Shown: positions 49,176 through 63,567, counted from the stretch's first letter. The stretch: DNA of 64,000 nucleotides from Pocillopora damicornis (GCF_003704095.1 NW_020846678.1:1-64000); one strand, 5' to 3'. Numbers and translations are program-made. Notes: generated by a model from the sequence alone, not told the origin.

Positions 49176-52100
49176 ATGCAGCGGGAAAATAAGTCGGATG
49201 AGTGGGTCAAACTTGTGTTGCGCCGATTTAGAGCTCAGGTGAGATTAGGTGTCCGACTCGTAACGGTTGTTTGAAAGTTTATGTTCAAAGCAAGCTTGGA
49301 TCTCTGTTGTGTTAATATTACTTGGTCGAAATATAGATTTCTGAACTTTATTTCTTGACATGATCACCTTTAGAGCATGTAAATCTTGAAAATCGAAGTG
49401 TTTTCATTCATGAAGTGTCGTGTATTCCATTGATGCCAACAATACGTATAAGATTACTCATTATCCGCTCTGGAATTACACGCACCAGATATTGCTCACT
49501 TGATTGCATTATTTCCAGGGCGATGGAATTTTAACACACACTGAGGTTCAACTTGCCTTTTCTCCTATCGTTAAAATAATCTAGATAAAAGACGAGGGAA
49601 TACTGTTAACTTATCGGATAATTGTCTGTGAATGCTCGCTTGAATATTCTCTCTGCGTATAATTTATTTGGAACCAGTTCGTTATATCTCACCTTTGCAT
49701 GCTTGACTGATTCTCTTTCTTTACTTATAAATGATTCACGAAATAATTTATCGAGGAGAATGACTTACTATGCGGCATTGCGTCATGCGACATAGTTGAC
49801 AGCGAGATGGTATTTTGTGGTTTGCAGAAATTATATTGCAAATTGTCGTTTTGATGATAACATGATGTTACAACTACACGTAGTATGATTTCTTTTGTAA
49901 CAATAATAGCCAGGTTTATTTGTAATCAAAAGTAATACCACAGATACAATCTGTATGTTTTTACAGTTGATTCAGGAGCGTTTCTATTAAGTGGGCGTCT
50001 GTTTACCAATTCACCTGTCAATTTATGTACCCACGCATCATGATCAAATCAACCTCAGCTTTCTAAACTAAAACCTTTTCTCTCCTAAGATTGAGATATC
50101 GATTCTCTAAAATGTTTGCTATACATTTGTTATAATTTAAGATCAGAGAATTTGATATGAAATCAAAGATATTTGATGTAGTTGATATTTTCCTCACCTC
50201 TCCTTACCTATCAGCTTGAAAATGTATGGGCATTGTGAGGAGAAGTTTATTTTTGGTTACTCCTGGAAGTGTAAGAGTTAATCTCCGGTCAACTTACTTT
50301 TATTAACTTTTGCACAAACCATTCAGATGGAGATTTTATGGGCAAACTTTCCATGGCTGAACTTGGATACTTAAGCAAAAGAGTAGGGAAAGATTTCTGA
50401 ATAACCCCATACCTCTCTAAATATCTGTTTAATATAATTATAAAATTAATTATTTGGTAAAGGGAACAAAATTGGTGTTCTCAAGTTATTGTTAAATTTT
50501 GGTTTTAAGAGAGGTGCACTTACTTTGATTTTCTTACTGATACTGTAATCTTTTTATATTACAGCTTCCATTTGAATCAACACGTTCTCAGAAAAATCAT
50601 GAAAGTACAGAGCATATCAAGAACTGCATTATTAGCCTTAGTGAACACAACTTTAGTATGGTGGTGGCAGAACTTGCTGGCTTTATTAAAGAACCATCTA
50701 AGTTGGTGAGACTCAGTTTGCTCTCTTTGGTTGCAGTTACTTTAGAGCAGTTTTCAATTGATTGTTGCAAAACCAAAACCAAAGTAGTCAAAACTGTTAA
50801 CCCTTTAANNNNNNNNNNNNNNNNNNNNNNNNNNNNNNNNNNNNNNNNNNNNNNNNNNNNNNNNNNNNNNNNNNNNNNNNNNNNNNNNNNNNNNNNNNNN
50901 NNNNNNNNTAATAATAAAATTGTTGAAATATCTGTCGTGGTGTTAAGGGGCTAATCCCTCTAATTATTAGTGCAAATGAGGTTTCATTTGTAAAAATTGT
51001 TATTGTTTTTTCAGAATCCAGAAAGATGTGCTGCACTACCTGATGAAGTTTTGAATAAGCGTCTACTTCCAGCAATATGTGCGGTAAATTTGTTTCATAA
51101 TTAACTCTTTACACCCAGGCATCAATTTGTATGTTTTCCATACTGCTCCTTCCATATTCCCATCAGTCATGATATACTTTTTTAACTGTCAACATTCTGT
51201 ATTTTGTTTGTTTTTTTTTTGTTTTAGTTCATAACACAGTCTTATGGATTCCCTCTGGAAGCTGAACAGAAAATTCTAGCTGGTAAAGTACTCTCCCACA
51301 TCAGTGTGCACCACTTCTCTGCCCTCTTTAATCGCATTGCAATCAGGTAAAATTAATACAAATAAGTGAATCTAATGAAATTATTTCTTGTTACTTATAT
51401 GCTTGGTTATGCTTGAAGCTGTGTATATATGCTTCATAATTTAATGACAGCAAATTTTGTGTCACAGGAAAAAAAATGGTATACTGCCATTGTGGCAACA
51501 ACAGAGTCACAAAAATTTCTTTGATGTTCAAAACTAAGGAAATTATAGTGGAGTTTCATGAATCTATTTAACAGTATTGTGTCATCTTTTTGTAATCTTT
51601 TTGTTCAAAATAGCTTTTAGTTTTCCACAGATGTTGTCTTTGTCTCATTCTGTAAAAGTGCAATAAAATGACTTTTTGCATATCCTGCCATGTGATCCCA
51701 TGCCTGTTCAATAATGCACAGTGATCATTGCTTTGTATTGCATTCCTTAAACTGTACAATGCAGGACAGAGAGTTAGCTAAAAGTTGTAACTTTGTGCAT
51801 TGTAGTCTTATTGATATGTTATGATGCCTTTTGTGATCTGTCACTGTGGTGAAGACACAAAAGGCTTCATTTTATGTCAGAAAGAAACTGCTTTTTGATA
51901 ACTCATTGCCAAGAACGTGTCAGAATGTGCACACATCTTAGTATACTGTCTGATACATTTTCTGTACAATATTGGAATTTATCTTGTTGTAAATCCTTTC
52001 TTTGTTTTGAATTAAGTTGATGCTGAAGTACATGTATATGTTGTTTCTTATAGACTCCATGTGCTTGCCAACACTGAAGATAATTCTGATACTGGTGAAC

Positions 52101-55100
52101 TGGAATTGATTCGACATTTACATGTGAATGTGTCTTCTCTTAAAATTCTGTTGCAAGGTACAATTTTTGATATGAATGTACATGTATTTGAAAACATGAT
52201 CTTTAGAGAGTTTTGTCTGTGTCACTGTTGTAAATCTGCCAACTTGTTCTTGGTCTAATTTGCCTTTTCAGAAAGCAATCAGGTATTCAGATCCTTGAAG
52301 AAGATTGGTCAGCTAGCTTTAGTCTCTGGATTGGAAAAGGTAGGTGTATTTCTATTATGGAGGAAAGACATTAAAATGAGATTAGAATTTTTCTTAATGC
52401 CTTAATTGAGATGGTTACATTTCTTTTTCTAGGCAATATGGAATTGGGTTGAGAACAGTCCAGATGAATTTGCACAGCTACAGAGAGAACCATCACCAGA
52501 ACTTTCAGGTGAATTTAATTTCTGTTAGAAACCTCTTACTGAAAAAGGAATGTGAAAAGTGTTATTTATATTTGCCCATTTGAGGGCAATGATTGTACCT
52601 ATGATTTGTGTCTATGAATTCTCTTTCCCTTTTTTGGTTGCATTCAAACTTCTTGTTCATAATTCTATTCTTTTTTAACTACTACCTAAAGGTTTTGTAA
52701 CATCTTTTTATATTGCCTGCATGGGCAATCAAATTTTGCACTCTCAAACTTGAGGCAAATATTTGTAGTATCCAAAATGATACAAATTATCTGCACAAGG
52801 TGTGAATCAGGGTTACCATTTGCTGTGCTGCAAAATGTGGCATATGTGAATAAACAAAATAGTAGTGTGCACCACCAGTAATTGAAAGCTGTAGGTAAAT
52901 AATTGGTAAGAAGATTGACCAAAGAATTGAAAAATATATTTTTTTTAATTTGTTGCAGAGTATGCAGAGAAGCTGTTTGACATGGTAGATAATTTTGCAG
53001 AGAGTTCAAAGAGAAAAGCTGCGGTGTGGCCCCTCCAAATTATGCTGCTTATTTTATGCCCAGTAAGACTTTACAACCGTACTGTAAATATAATTGTTTC
53101 TTACTGTTAGTAACAGTTATTTTCAACAAATATCTGGTTTGTGCATCATCCTTGCCAGAGCCACACACACACAAAAAAAAAACTTGCAAAGGTTTTCCAT
53201 TTAATTTAAAATGCTCTACTTCCAAGCTGTAGATGCAGTATTTTCTTGAAAGTTATAGAAAAAATTCAATGAGTAGTAAAGCATGCTAAGACTTTTGCCA
53301 GTCATTGTAGTCGAAATACAGTCTTTTAAATGATAGCATTTGCCCTTCATGCAGATAATAATGGCAAAGTTTTCTTTTAACAGGACATGCTGGAACAAAT
53401 AGCCACAAGTGAAAAAGTATTTGATGTCAGCAAAGCTAATAAGGTAGGTTCCATTACTCTCTGATTCTCGAAAGACATACTTTAGCCCTTTGACCCGTAA
53501 GAGTAACAAGCATCAAATTTCTCTTTAGAATATCACCCCTGAATCGAAATTAAGGTCACAAGAATAAAGGAAATGATCATTACATTAAGAAAATCTTGGT
53601 TTTTTAGTAAATTCTCCTCGTTAGCACCATAGGAAATGTATAGAGAACAGTGTGGAGAATATCCATACTGATGTTAGGTGTGAAGGATCAAAAGACTTTA
53701 TATAGCCATGACTTGTTTAGCACCCTATTACAATTGTCACTTCTTGCAACTTCAGCTTCCTGCATACAAAATGTTAAGTTGGTGTTGTCGTTATATAAAT
53801 GTTGTTCACATGATTCCCTGACTGTGAAAAAAATTTATCATCTAGACCTGGCTTGGGTTATCACTTTGTTGCAACAGCAAGGCACTTGTATTAGTTACTT
53901 TGAAATTGCAGTACCTCTCTCCACCTAATGAACTAAAAAACTGGAAACCTAGAGAAATGCTGGGTATAAACAGTGGAGGGATAGCATCTCATCTTGAAAG
54001 GGTTTCAATATCCTTGCTGAATTTAATACAAAGCTTTTGCAGCCATGTTTCTCCTTCTTTTGTGTACAATTTTACCTGTCTAACACTCATACCAGCTGGA
54101 TCTCTTATCATCAGTTTGAATTAGCCACGACCATTTTGTTTTGTTTTGTTTTGTTTATTTTGTTGTGTCATTAGAAAGAGTTTCTTGATCATCTGAAGAA
54201 GGCCTTGAATAGTACCAAACACCTGACAGAAAGTGCAGCAGTGGTGTGCGTGAAACTTTGCAAGGTTGCAACGTACATGAAGCCTGAAGATAACTCTGTC
54301 TTGTGCTTCCTTGTTGTCTCCATGCTCAATGAGTTGAAGGTACAGTATGAACTGTTTTCTTGCTGGGATGGTGGTTTGACTAATGGTTGTGTATTAACCC
54401 TTCTGAACACCCAGATCAAACTTGTAATTCTCCTTACTGTCAACCATACAATTCTTACAATTTTAGTTCAGAGAATTTAGTATTGGATCAATTGATTATT
54501 CCAGAATAGATATTTTTCTTTATTTTCATCACTTGCCTGGTTGATATTTTATTGATATTGTAGGGAGAAATTCTGTCTTGGTCACTCATGTGAGTTAAAG
54601 GGTTAAGTCCAAATTAAATTTTTATTCTGTGTGGAAGATGTTCAAATGTAAATGTAATTTGTGAGGTATTGGAAGGAAGAAAAATCAGAGATACTGGTAA
54701 AGAATTGTTAACTGGAAGAATGGCAACAAACTCAAAGATAATGTTCAAGGGAAACTTGTGTAGTTCTAACTTATTGGAAAGGACCGTGTTTGAGCAACTG
54801 TGATTGTTTGCCTCAGGAACCACAGAGACATTGAATGGCAAGCTAGGCTACTGTGTAACTTAACACAAGTTGACTGAATGAAATGATTTATATGATCAGC
54901 ATCTCATCATAAATCAATTTATCTTAAAGTTTGTAATCCAATTAAATGGCATATAGTTGAAAAATATTTATTTCTTGAATTTTTTACATTTATTTCTCTG
55001 CAGGCATTACTTTTCAACGTGAGCAAGCCTTTTTCTGTAGGATCTGGTGGCTTTTTCACAACAGAGGAACTAATGGTTGATTGTTTTGTGTCAAGTTTCC

Positions 55101-58100
55101 GCATTAATTACAGAAACAACCAGCACTTTGATATCTGCCTACAGCCAAACTCTCCCATTATTTTCCATCTTGTCTATGTGAAAGGAACATATGCTATTGT
55201 TAAAGAGGTAAACAAATCCTTTCAAATAACCATGTCAAGAGTGCATTGGATAGTCAGCTATAAATACAGATATCAGTGGTGAAACTCGTCAAGCTATCAA
55301 ACAGTTAAACAGCCAATACAAAACTTCTTCAAACTTGGCCTGAGATTTTTTCTGACAGTTGACAGTTTCAATAACTGGTAGACATCTTTCTCAAACATGA
55401 TGGTGTTGTCATGAGGTGTTAATGAATACATGTAGCACTGATGTAGTTGAAAGTTATTTCCACTCTCAATTAATTGATGAGAGAAATGTTTTGACTTTGT
55501 GGTGAGGCTAGCAAGGCAACCCAGAGGAAGTGTCCCAAGGGTTTTGACCCTTCACTCCTGCTCCTTTTAGACCTGTGGGTTTTTTTAGTACTTGTCTGAC
55601 ATTAAAATTCTTGCAACATCAAGAACACATATTACTGGTCAACCAGCGGTTACTTTTTGTGTAACCTAGAATGGAGCAGAAAGGGGTGTGCTTGGGTTGG
55701 GTAAAAATAATTTTAAGACCCTTCAGCCAAAAATTCCTGGATCTGCCTCAGCTTTGGGCACACATTGTATCACAATGAAAATCTTTTGACCTCTTGATAA
55801 CATCTCACATTTACATTGTACATAACTGCGTCAAATTCTCTCAATCTCCCATTTGTTTAGGTGAGGATTTGAAAACAAAGAAAAAGTCTTCTATCGCTTG
55901 GAATGAATGATATTCTAATTACTAGTTTGTGGCATTTATATAGGCTCCTTTGAGATGGTGGCCAAAAGCTGAAGTGCTTCATCCAAAAGCTTCAGCGCTA
56001 AGACATATTTTCTTGGTATGTTAAGTTGTAATCCTGTCATTTGTTCGTCTTTCTGATTTTTCTTGATATCCAATGATACATAAAGATCTTTTGGCTAAAT
56101 CAGTTGTGATAAATAAGAGTTCCTCTGTCTAGTATGATCACAGAACAGCTGGAGTTTGGGCCACCTGTGGTATAATAGGAACATTCTCTGACTGTGTTCT
56201 ATAAAATGTGATTTTTAAAAATATTAAGGATCCATTACAAGGATTCATAATGAACAAGGGTTTGTGATACTTATCTTTATGCATGGAAGACAGAAGACTA
56301 CCTGTCTAAAAAAATCTGTGTGCATGAGAGCATATTTGCTTAACATTGGGTTCAATTCTGTGTTTTTTATCATTTCAGAATATTTGTAACAAGGTTCAAA
56401 ATGGTGAACAAGAGGGACAACAGTCAAGATTGAGTCAGGTGGATATGAAGAACTTAACCCTTTAACTCCAGAAGGGATTAACTAGTAACTTCTCCCAATG
56501 ATGTTTAAACATTATCCAGCAAACAGGTCTTGAGAATATTCAAACTTATCAGGTTGAAGTTGTTGTCTCAATCTGACACCAAACTCTGGTAACTTATTTA
56601 CAAGGAAATGCATAGCACCTAGAGGAGAGAATTAACAATCAGATCTTGGGTGTTAAAGGGTTGATTCATTAATCAGTCAGTCAATCAGACAGACAGAGAG
56701 ATAGACAGCTGGTAACCAGGGGTATAGGTGGAATTCTTTTGTAAAGGGTGGGGGCTGAACCAGTGCTACCATTTGGGTTATGAGCAGACATTTTATAATG
56801 GTACTCAGAAATTAGTATAAATTTTTTTTAAATAAAGAGAGGGGGCCACATGGATCCTAAACCCTGCTAAACCACATCCTTGGCCAGACTATTGGCAAAA
56901 CAGTTAATTGACAGAGTGACAAACAGTGTGACAAACATACAAACAGGTGCCATTTGTTTGAATGGTGGATAGCACTATCCACCAGATAAATCTTCAACTG
57001 GTGGATTGTGCAGTACACCTTCTCAACATTTATCTGAGGGATAGTGATTTATCTGTTGGATAGTGTTATCTGCCCTTTTAACAACTGGGCTTAGATGGGT
57101 AGACAAACAAACTGTAAAACAGACAGTTGGGCAAACAAATAGCATTCAGCACTTAACGTCTTGAAAAACATGAGGGTTTTGACAAAGTTAGTTTTGTGTT
57201 CTAGATCTATAAAGTAAAAGACAAGAAACACAAAGAAGATGAAGTGCATTCCAACAAGAAGCAAGACAAAGAGTTATTACTATGGCTGGTGAAAATTTTT
57301 CATGCAGATCCTGTGTTTGCTTTTAATGTAAGTTTAATGTTCTGAAGTTGCCTGTTCTGGTAAAGGTAAAAAGCAAAAATTGAACTCATTTAATATATTT
57401 GACTCCATGTGAACAGAATCCTGATCTTCATGGCTGGGAGATCCAAAAGAATTCAACTCAAGTTATAATGGGTGTGGTCAATTTGATGTTAACACCTTCT
57501 CTACCTGCAGAAATAAGAAATGAGGCAGCTGAGGTATTCTTTCATTAGTTTGAAGCTTTTCCATTTGCTGTCTGTGCTTATCTAGCTATCCATTACTGTG
57601 ACAAACTCCTTTTAATTGCCTCAATTTTGCACACTCAGATACTTAATGTTGAAATTTGCACTTTTTTTTTCTTTCAGACTCTTCTTTGTTTCTTTGAAGC
57701 TGATCACATAGAGATGTGGAATCCTGTAGCACCTATTGCTTCATTTTGGGAAATTAGGTTAGAAAAGACACAGAAAACTGCACAGGATACCTTCACTTGT
57801 GTGTACTAAACTAATTAAGGCACTTTTCCTGTTGCTCAAATTTTCATTAGATTATAGCAATAAATTTGTGCTGGTTTCTGCTTTTTTCAAAATATGATAT
57901 AAATTAATTTAGTATAATTTGAGGTTAATCACAAAGTCTTGACTGTGTTGTAACTTTTACTGCCCTTTCTGTTTCCTCTTGTAGTTCACAAGTAATGGTG
58001 TCCATTGCTGAGTTTCTCATTGGTCATGGCAGCCATGGCACTGTTTTACTGAGATACTTAAGGGATCTAACCATGTGTAAAATTGAGTTTTTAAGGAAAC

Positions 58101-61100
58101 ACCAGGTTGGTTGAGCTCTGATTATAATTCATCATGTAGTGATTTAGAAATAGAAGATAATTTTATTAAGTGTCATGAAGCCTTAACCCTTTAACTCCCA
58201 TGAGTGACTAGGACAGAATTTCTCCCTACAATATCAATACAATATCAACCAGATAAGTGATGAGAATGAAGAAAAATATCAATTTGGGGATAATTAGTTA
58301 ACCCAGTAGTAAATTCTCTGAACTGACATTATGTGAATTGTATGGTTGACAGTAAGGAGAATTACAAATTTAATCTGGGAGTTAAAGGGTTAACCAAAGT
58401 AATGCAAAGAGAAACAAAAGTAAATGGAGCAAGGAGGTAAAAAAATTGCGCATGTGTGTACTGTTCAAATTGAAATTACAAAATTTGTATTACTTTTAAT
58501 TTTACAGGAGCAAGCTTCCATAGGATGCCACTTGCCAATATGTACAGTTTCTCAAACTAAACTTGAGGTAGGTATTTCTCTTTTTCATATAAGGCTGAGG
58601 AAAAATGAGGTGGAAAGAGAGAGGCTCCTGATAAAGGCCTTGAGATATTTCAATTCCACAGGATTTATTTTGTGATCTGTTGAATAGAATTGGGTTGTCA
58701 CTGAATCTGTTTTCCTCTCTGATAACATTAACATATTAACCCTTCAACTCCCAAAAGTGTTAAACATGTAATTTCTCCCTATAATATCTATAGATTATCC
58801 AGCCAACAGGTAATGAGAATACTCAAACTAATCAGGAAGAATTTGTTATCTTGATCTAACACCAAATTCTCATAACTTATCTTGGAGGAATTGTTTGCCA
58901 AAGAGGAGAATTAGAGAGGAGAATTAACAATCAGATCTTGGGAGTTAAATGGAAATATTACTAATTTTTTTATAATTTCTTCTCATTTTTCAGGAAGTGT
59001 TCCTTAGTTATTTATGGAATCCAGATATGGAAACTGTGTTGATCTCCCTTTCTTGTTTTGGACAAATGTGCAATGAAGTGGACATTGTACAAAGTTCAGA
59101 GACCCTCAATGTTCTGCAGACTTCTCAAAACTTAAATGTGTACAATGAATTGTCACAGGAGGCTACCAAATTTAGAGCTGGTGAGTTATGCGTAAGACCA
59201 TAAATATAGGAAATCAGTGGTGCTTTAAATGGAAGAGTGTACAGAATAAAGCCTCAGGGTTGTCATTAGAAATCTAATATAAGGATGATCTGATCTGAGT
59301 TGGCAGGTAGATTGAATTGTGCTTGCATTGCAAATGTGGCATGTTGCTACATGCCATACTCAGCTACGCCCCTTCTTGAGGGTTCAGAAAAATTTGAAAA
59401 TTGAAACTCTCTGAGATGTGATTTTCAGCATTCTGGGACATATTTTTGTCACTTTTTCTAGTCAGACATTGAGGTTAGAATCAATTGAGTGAGAATACTT
59501 TTTTTTCTTTCTTCGATCATAATTTGCAAAGTAGCTGGCTCAAAATAGGCTGATGTTTGGCAACTTTCCACCTCCAACCTGCTTCTAATGACAACCTAAA
59601 ATGCAACTTAAACTTCTCCCTGTACAATGGACATTTCAAAGGGAAGTTCTTGGGGGTCAGAACCCTCCCCTAAGACAAGACCAATTTTTCTCCTCCACTG
59701 GTCTTACACAAAAACTCTTGCAACAAAAAGATGGTAGAATGCTACACAACACAGCTGGCTGAATTTTCCTTGTAATTTGGAGTTAAAGGGGAGAGGGGAG
59801 GTGTAGGTTGGTCAAAAAATAATGTGGGACCCCCTATCAAAAATTATAGGACAATAGGTGGAATTTTCATTTAAAATTTTGTTGAAAATTTGATGCAGTG
59901 GAAAAATGGCAAGTTGATGAAAGGTTAGGTGAGGCCATAACCTGTGATGGACTAATTAAAAGCAGTTTTTTTTGTTATTGCGTCTGACCTTAATCTGTTG
60001 TTTTTCAGGAAGAGCAGCACTGCAAAAACGGATCATGGCTTTATTACGGCAACTTGACAGCCAAACTGCAGGGAATTTTCAGGTACTGTCCAACTTGGTG
60101 AATTTTTATGCCTTTTGAATTCAGGCAAAAAACTGAATCACAATTCCCAGTTTAATGAGTAATTCGAATTTTGTTTCATTTCATTCACAGGCCTGGGAAA
60201 GTACTTACACAAAATGGCAAAAGCTAACCTTTGACCTTGTCAACTTTGGTAAAGATGATTCTCCATCAATAGATGTACAGAAATATCTTAGGCGGAGATC
60301 ACATGCCAAAATCACGACTGACAACTTGCAGGTATATTTGTATACTTTTAACTTTTTAGCTACCATTAGAGACCAAGACAGAATTTATCCTTTTAATATC
60401 AATACAATATCAAGCAGACTTTTGGTTGTAATTCTGAAAAATATAAAGGGATTGTTAATAGATCCAATACCAAATTCTGTGATATACATTATAAGGATTG
60501 TAAGGCAGACAGTAAGGAGAATTACTACTGAGATCTTGGGAGTGAGAGGGTCAACAGCAATTTATGAATTGTGTAGGTACATTAACGAGCATAGGTTTCA
60601 ATGACTTGAGTTGACTTCATGTTGTTGGTAGCAGCTGAGAATTGCGAAAGTTTGTCTGGTGCTACCGACATTTCAAAATTAATCCAAAAATTTCAGATGG
60701 TGATTTTCAAATGTTGTAGTTAGTGTTACAACAAGCATAACATGTGCTTCCCTTCCCTCATCCTGGATCTTTGTAAGCCCGTCTGCAACCATTAAGGTAG
60801 CAACAGATAAGCACAATAATCTCTATGGAAAACACAGCACAAAGTTATTGAGGGGAGTGGATACTTCTTAGAGAACACAAGATTTTAAAGAATTGTTTTG
60901 GTTTGTTGCAAATTGTTGTATTTTCTATTATCCTTGAACAGTTTAAGGAAAGAGAAAGAGAGTTTTGGCAAGGGCTTTTTAATGGTAATTTGTTACTTTA
61001 TGTGTATTTAATCTCTAGACATCATTCATTGAATGGACATTCATGACAGGATTTCTCTGTTCACTCGGGGGAGTGTGTTTGACTTCACTACAACCAATAA

Positions 61101-62900
61101 GGTATCGTATTGTTACCAGTAGTTTTAAGTTTGCAAGCAAGCCAAGTGGCCTGCAATGCTCCAGCTTTTTCTGGTCTTTGTAGCAGGAAGGGACTTTAAC
61201 AAATGGACAGTGGTTTAGCGTGGTTTGTACTCTTATCAATAATGATATCTGTCATCACAGTTGTTAAAATATTGTGGGTGCAGCCAAATGAGTCTGCAAC
61301 AAATTTTGACCACTGTGATGATGAATATTGTTGTTGATAAGAGTACTGACCATGCTAAACCACTGTTGATTTGTAGTTTTACCATAATATTGTTGTGAAT
61401 TAAATGATTCTTTCAGTGCATGACCAAGATAAAGGTATTGTGTCACATGTTGGTGCAAGCAGCATCATCTGTACTCTTATCTACAATGACAAATTGGTCA
61501 ATCAGATTGCAGTATTACTGCCAGTTGTAGTTAAAAAAAATGATCCCCCCAGGATAGCATGCTAGTCCATTGCAGCTTACCCCCCCCTTCCCTCTCCCCC
61601 CCCCCATATTAATTGTTGAATGGTAATTTTCCCATCTGCTTTACAGAAGATACAGCAGAAGTCTTCCTTCATCAGTTCACTCCAAGGCTGAATCAACTGA
61701 TACTGAATGTGCCACAGTAACTAAGTAAGTTATCATTTTATATGTCTTTTTGAGTTAAAGGAGATGAAATGATGCCTATTGATAAAGTGGATTCTTTTGA
61801 AAAGAAAGCATTCACTGACCTTTGTTCCACAAGTCTTTTTTTAAGTTTTAGAGGTGATAAAAAGGAGGTTTAACGATTCCAATTTTTATTATGTCCTTAG
61901 GTTTATGCAGGATGTGTTGAGTCTCCTGGTTTGCAGTAATGATAAAACTGGTTTACAGGTAGGTATGAAACTTGAGGTTATTGTATGAATTGGATACCAT
62001 TAGATACAATTAAGTTTTGTAAATTAGGGTAATGAGGAACAAAGAGTTTACAGATGGGAGCTTTATTCAGTTTTATTATTTGGGCTGTGAAATCTAGTTA
62101 AGTAGGTTGAAGTTTCCTTTGAGCATATAGATTCATATAAAGGTTTGTTGTACCAGCTTAGTTACAGACATGCAAGTAGTGTGATATGTTTGTGGCTCTG
62201 CTCAATTCTTTAAATTGAGGTTGGAATATTTAATGATATGTTGCAGTCAGTAAACTTTTTCACTTGTATATTCTCTAGTTGGTGTTCACATTGTGGAAAT
62301 GACTCTATTTTTAAAAGGGTCTCCATGAGGTTAATGGTTAGACGTAAAAATTAATAAATTTTTAACTGCTAGCTGTTAAAAAAAGTTAACCGTCAAAAAA
62401 TTCTCAGGTGACAGCAATGGAAAGCCAGTAACCCTTCAACTCCCAAGATCTCATTTGAAATTCTCCTTACCATCAGCCAAATGATTCTCAGTATGTTAGT
62501 TTGGAGAATACGGTATTGGATCACTGATTAGTAATCTTTCTCTACAGTCATAACTTGTCTGCATGATATTGTATAGATATAGTGAGGAGAAATTCTGTCT
62601 TCATCACTCATGGGAGTTTAAGGGTTAACTGTTAGCCCTAAATTGGCCAAAATTTTAACTATTAGTTGTAAAAGTCATCACCTTATGGAGACTCTCTTTT
62701 GACGTATCCTTTTAGTTAACTAATAGCATACAGTATCTAAAATCACACTATTTGGTATTGATTAGGTTTTTTTATGTTGACTTCAGATACGTAGTACAGT
62801 CAATGAGCTGGTTGGAGTGGAGCTTAGTCCAAAGCTTTATCCCATTTTACTGACGCAGATCATGACAGTAGTTAACAGCTTCTTCACACCATCTGGGCAG
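49176..62900 (+). CDS. NF1: neurofibromin (Ras-GAP), 5' portion; continues beyond the last exon identified
   Basis: Exons 49176-49238, 50565-50705, 51015-51083, 51228-51346, 52054-52157, 52272-52339, 52433-52508, 52959-53062, 53384-53443, 54175-54339, 55004-55207, 55944-56015, 56379-56438, 57205-57327, 57417-57533, 57678-57757, 57985-58105, 58508-58567, 58994-59180, 60009-60082, 60191-60331, 61019-61101, 61647-61724, 61901-61958, 62787-62900. Diagnostic peptides: EWVKLVLRRFRAQLP, AIWNWVENSPDEF, AEKLFDMVDNFAESSKRKAAVWPLQIMLLILCP, GRAALQKRIMALLR, EWTFMTGFLCSLGGVCL, LVGVELSPKLYP. Confidence 0.96.
54394..54606. mobile_element. piggyBac-type MITE, subfamily A
   Basis: TTAA-CCCTT ... GAGTTAAAGGG-TTAA with subfamily A interior. 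Confidence 0.8.
56454..56664. mobile_element. piggyBac-type MITE, subfamily B (reverse)
   Basis: TTAA-CCCTTTAACTCC ... GGGTGTTAAAGGG. Confidence 0.75.
58183..58393. mobile_element. piggyBac-type MITE, subfamily A (reverse)
   Basis: TTAA-CCCTTTAACTCCCA ... TGGGAGTTAAAGGG-TTAA. Confidence 0.85.
61205..61366. repeat. long imperfect palindrome
   Basis: cagtggtttagcgtggtttgtactcttatcaa ... ttgataagagtactgaccatgctaaaccactg. Confidence 0.7.
62317..62696. mobile_element. MITE (gggtctccat...atggagactc ends) interrupted by a piggyBac-type MITE at 62428-62628
   Basis: Outer inverted ends with aattttaact..tag repeats on both sides of the inner (G)TAA-CCCTTCAACTCCCA...TGGGAGTTTAAGGG-TTAA. Confidence 0.6.
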
Positions 62901-63567
62901 GTTAGTCCTTTGCTATCATTGTTGAAGGTGACTAGTGAAAGTTGATTAGTGCAGTAGAAAAAATATCCAGTATCCCAAGGTTTGTTTGTGACATGTATCC
63001 TGCACTGTGTGCTGTTAGCGTCAGTTATTTGGAAAGTGCAATGTGAGTTTAAGTTAGGAAAGATTGTCAGTTTTGAGCTTGGTAGTGGCATGAAGAAAGA
63101 TGTTATACTTGGGAACTTAACATCGAGCTTTCTGTAGTTCACTGACAATGTCAGAGGATGTAATTCGAAGATCTGAGATTTCAATTTCTCATGGGAACTC
63201 AATTATTTCTTTATTCCAAGCTGGTGACAGGTCAAATAACGTCCTTTCGTGGAAAATGTTACTACAACTAATATGAAAAGTAGCTCCACGATGTTCTTGA
63301 CCACAAGACTATCTTCTTTTGGCAAGCTACAAGTATTTGCCTTCAATCCCCATCCAAATGCACTCAGGGGTATTGCTCTGTACAAAAAAAATAGCGAATG
63401 ATCATGTCATAAATATTGTACATCTATTTATTTACTGGTTTCATATGAATTGTAATTATCTAATGATGCAAGCTTGTTTCCATGTCAGGTGGTGGTTCAA
63501 GAGAAACACACACTTTTTATAGCACAGGTATGTGCAACTGATTTGCATAACTTCCATTTTGGAATGT

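Noticed and set aside
63221-63380. RPFVENVTTTNMK as the next NF1 exon (cf. TQFVEQTIAIMK)
   Set aside because: In-frame TAA immediately after the candidate acceptor and no downstream similarity.
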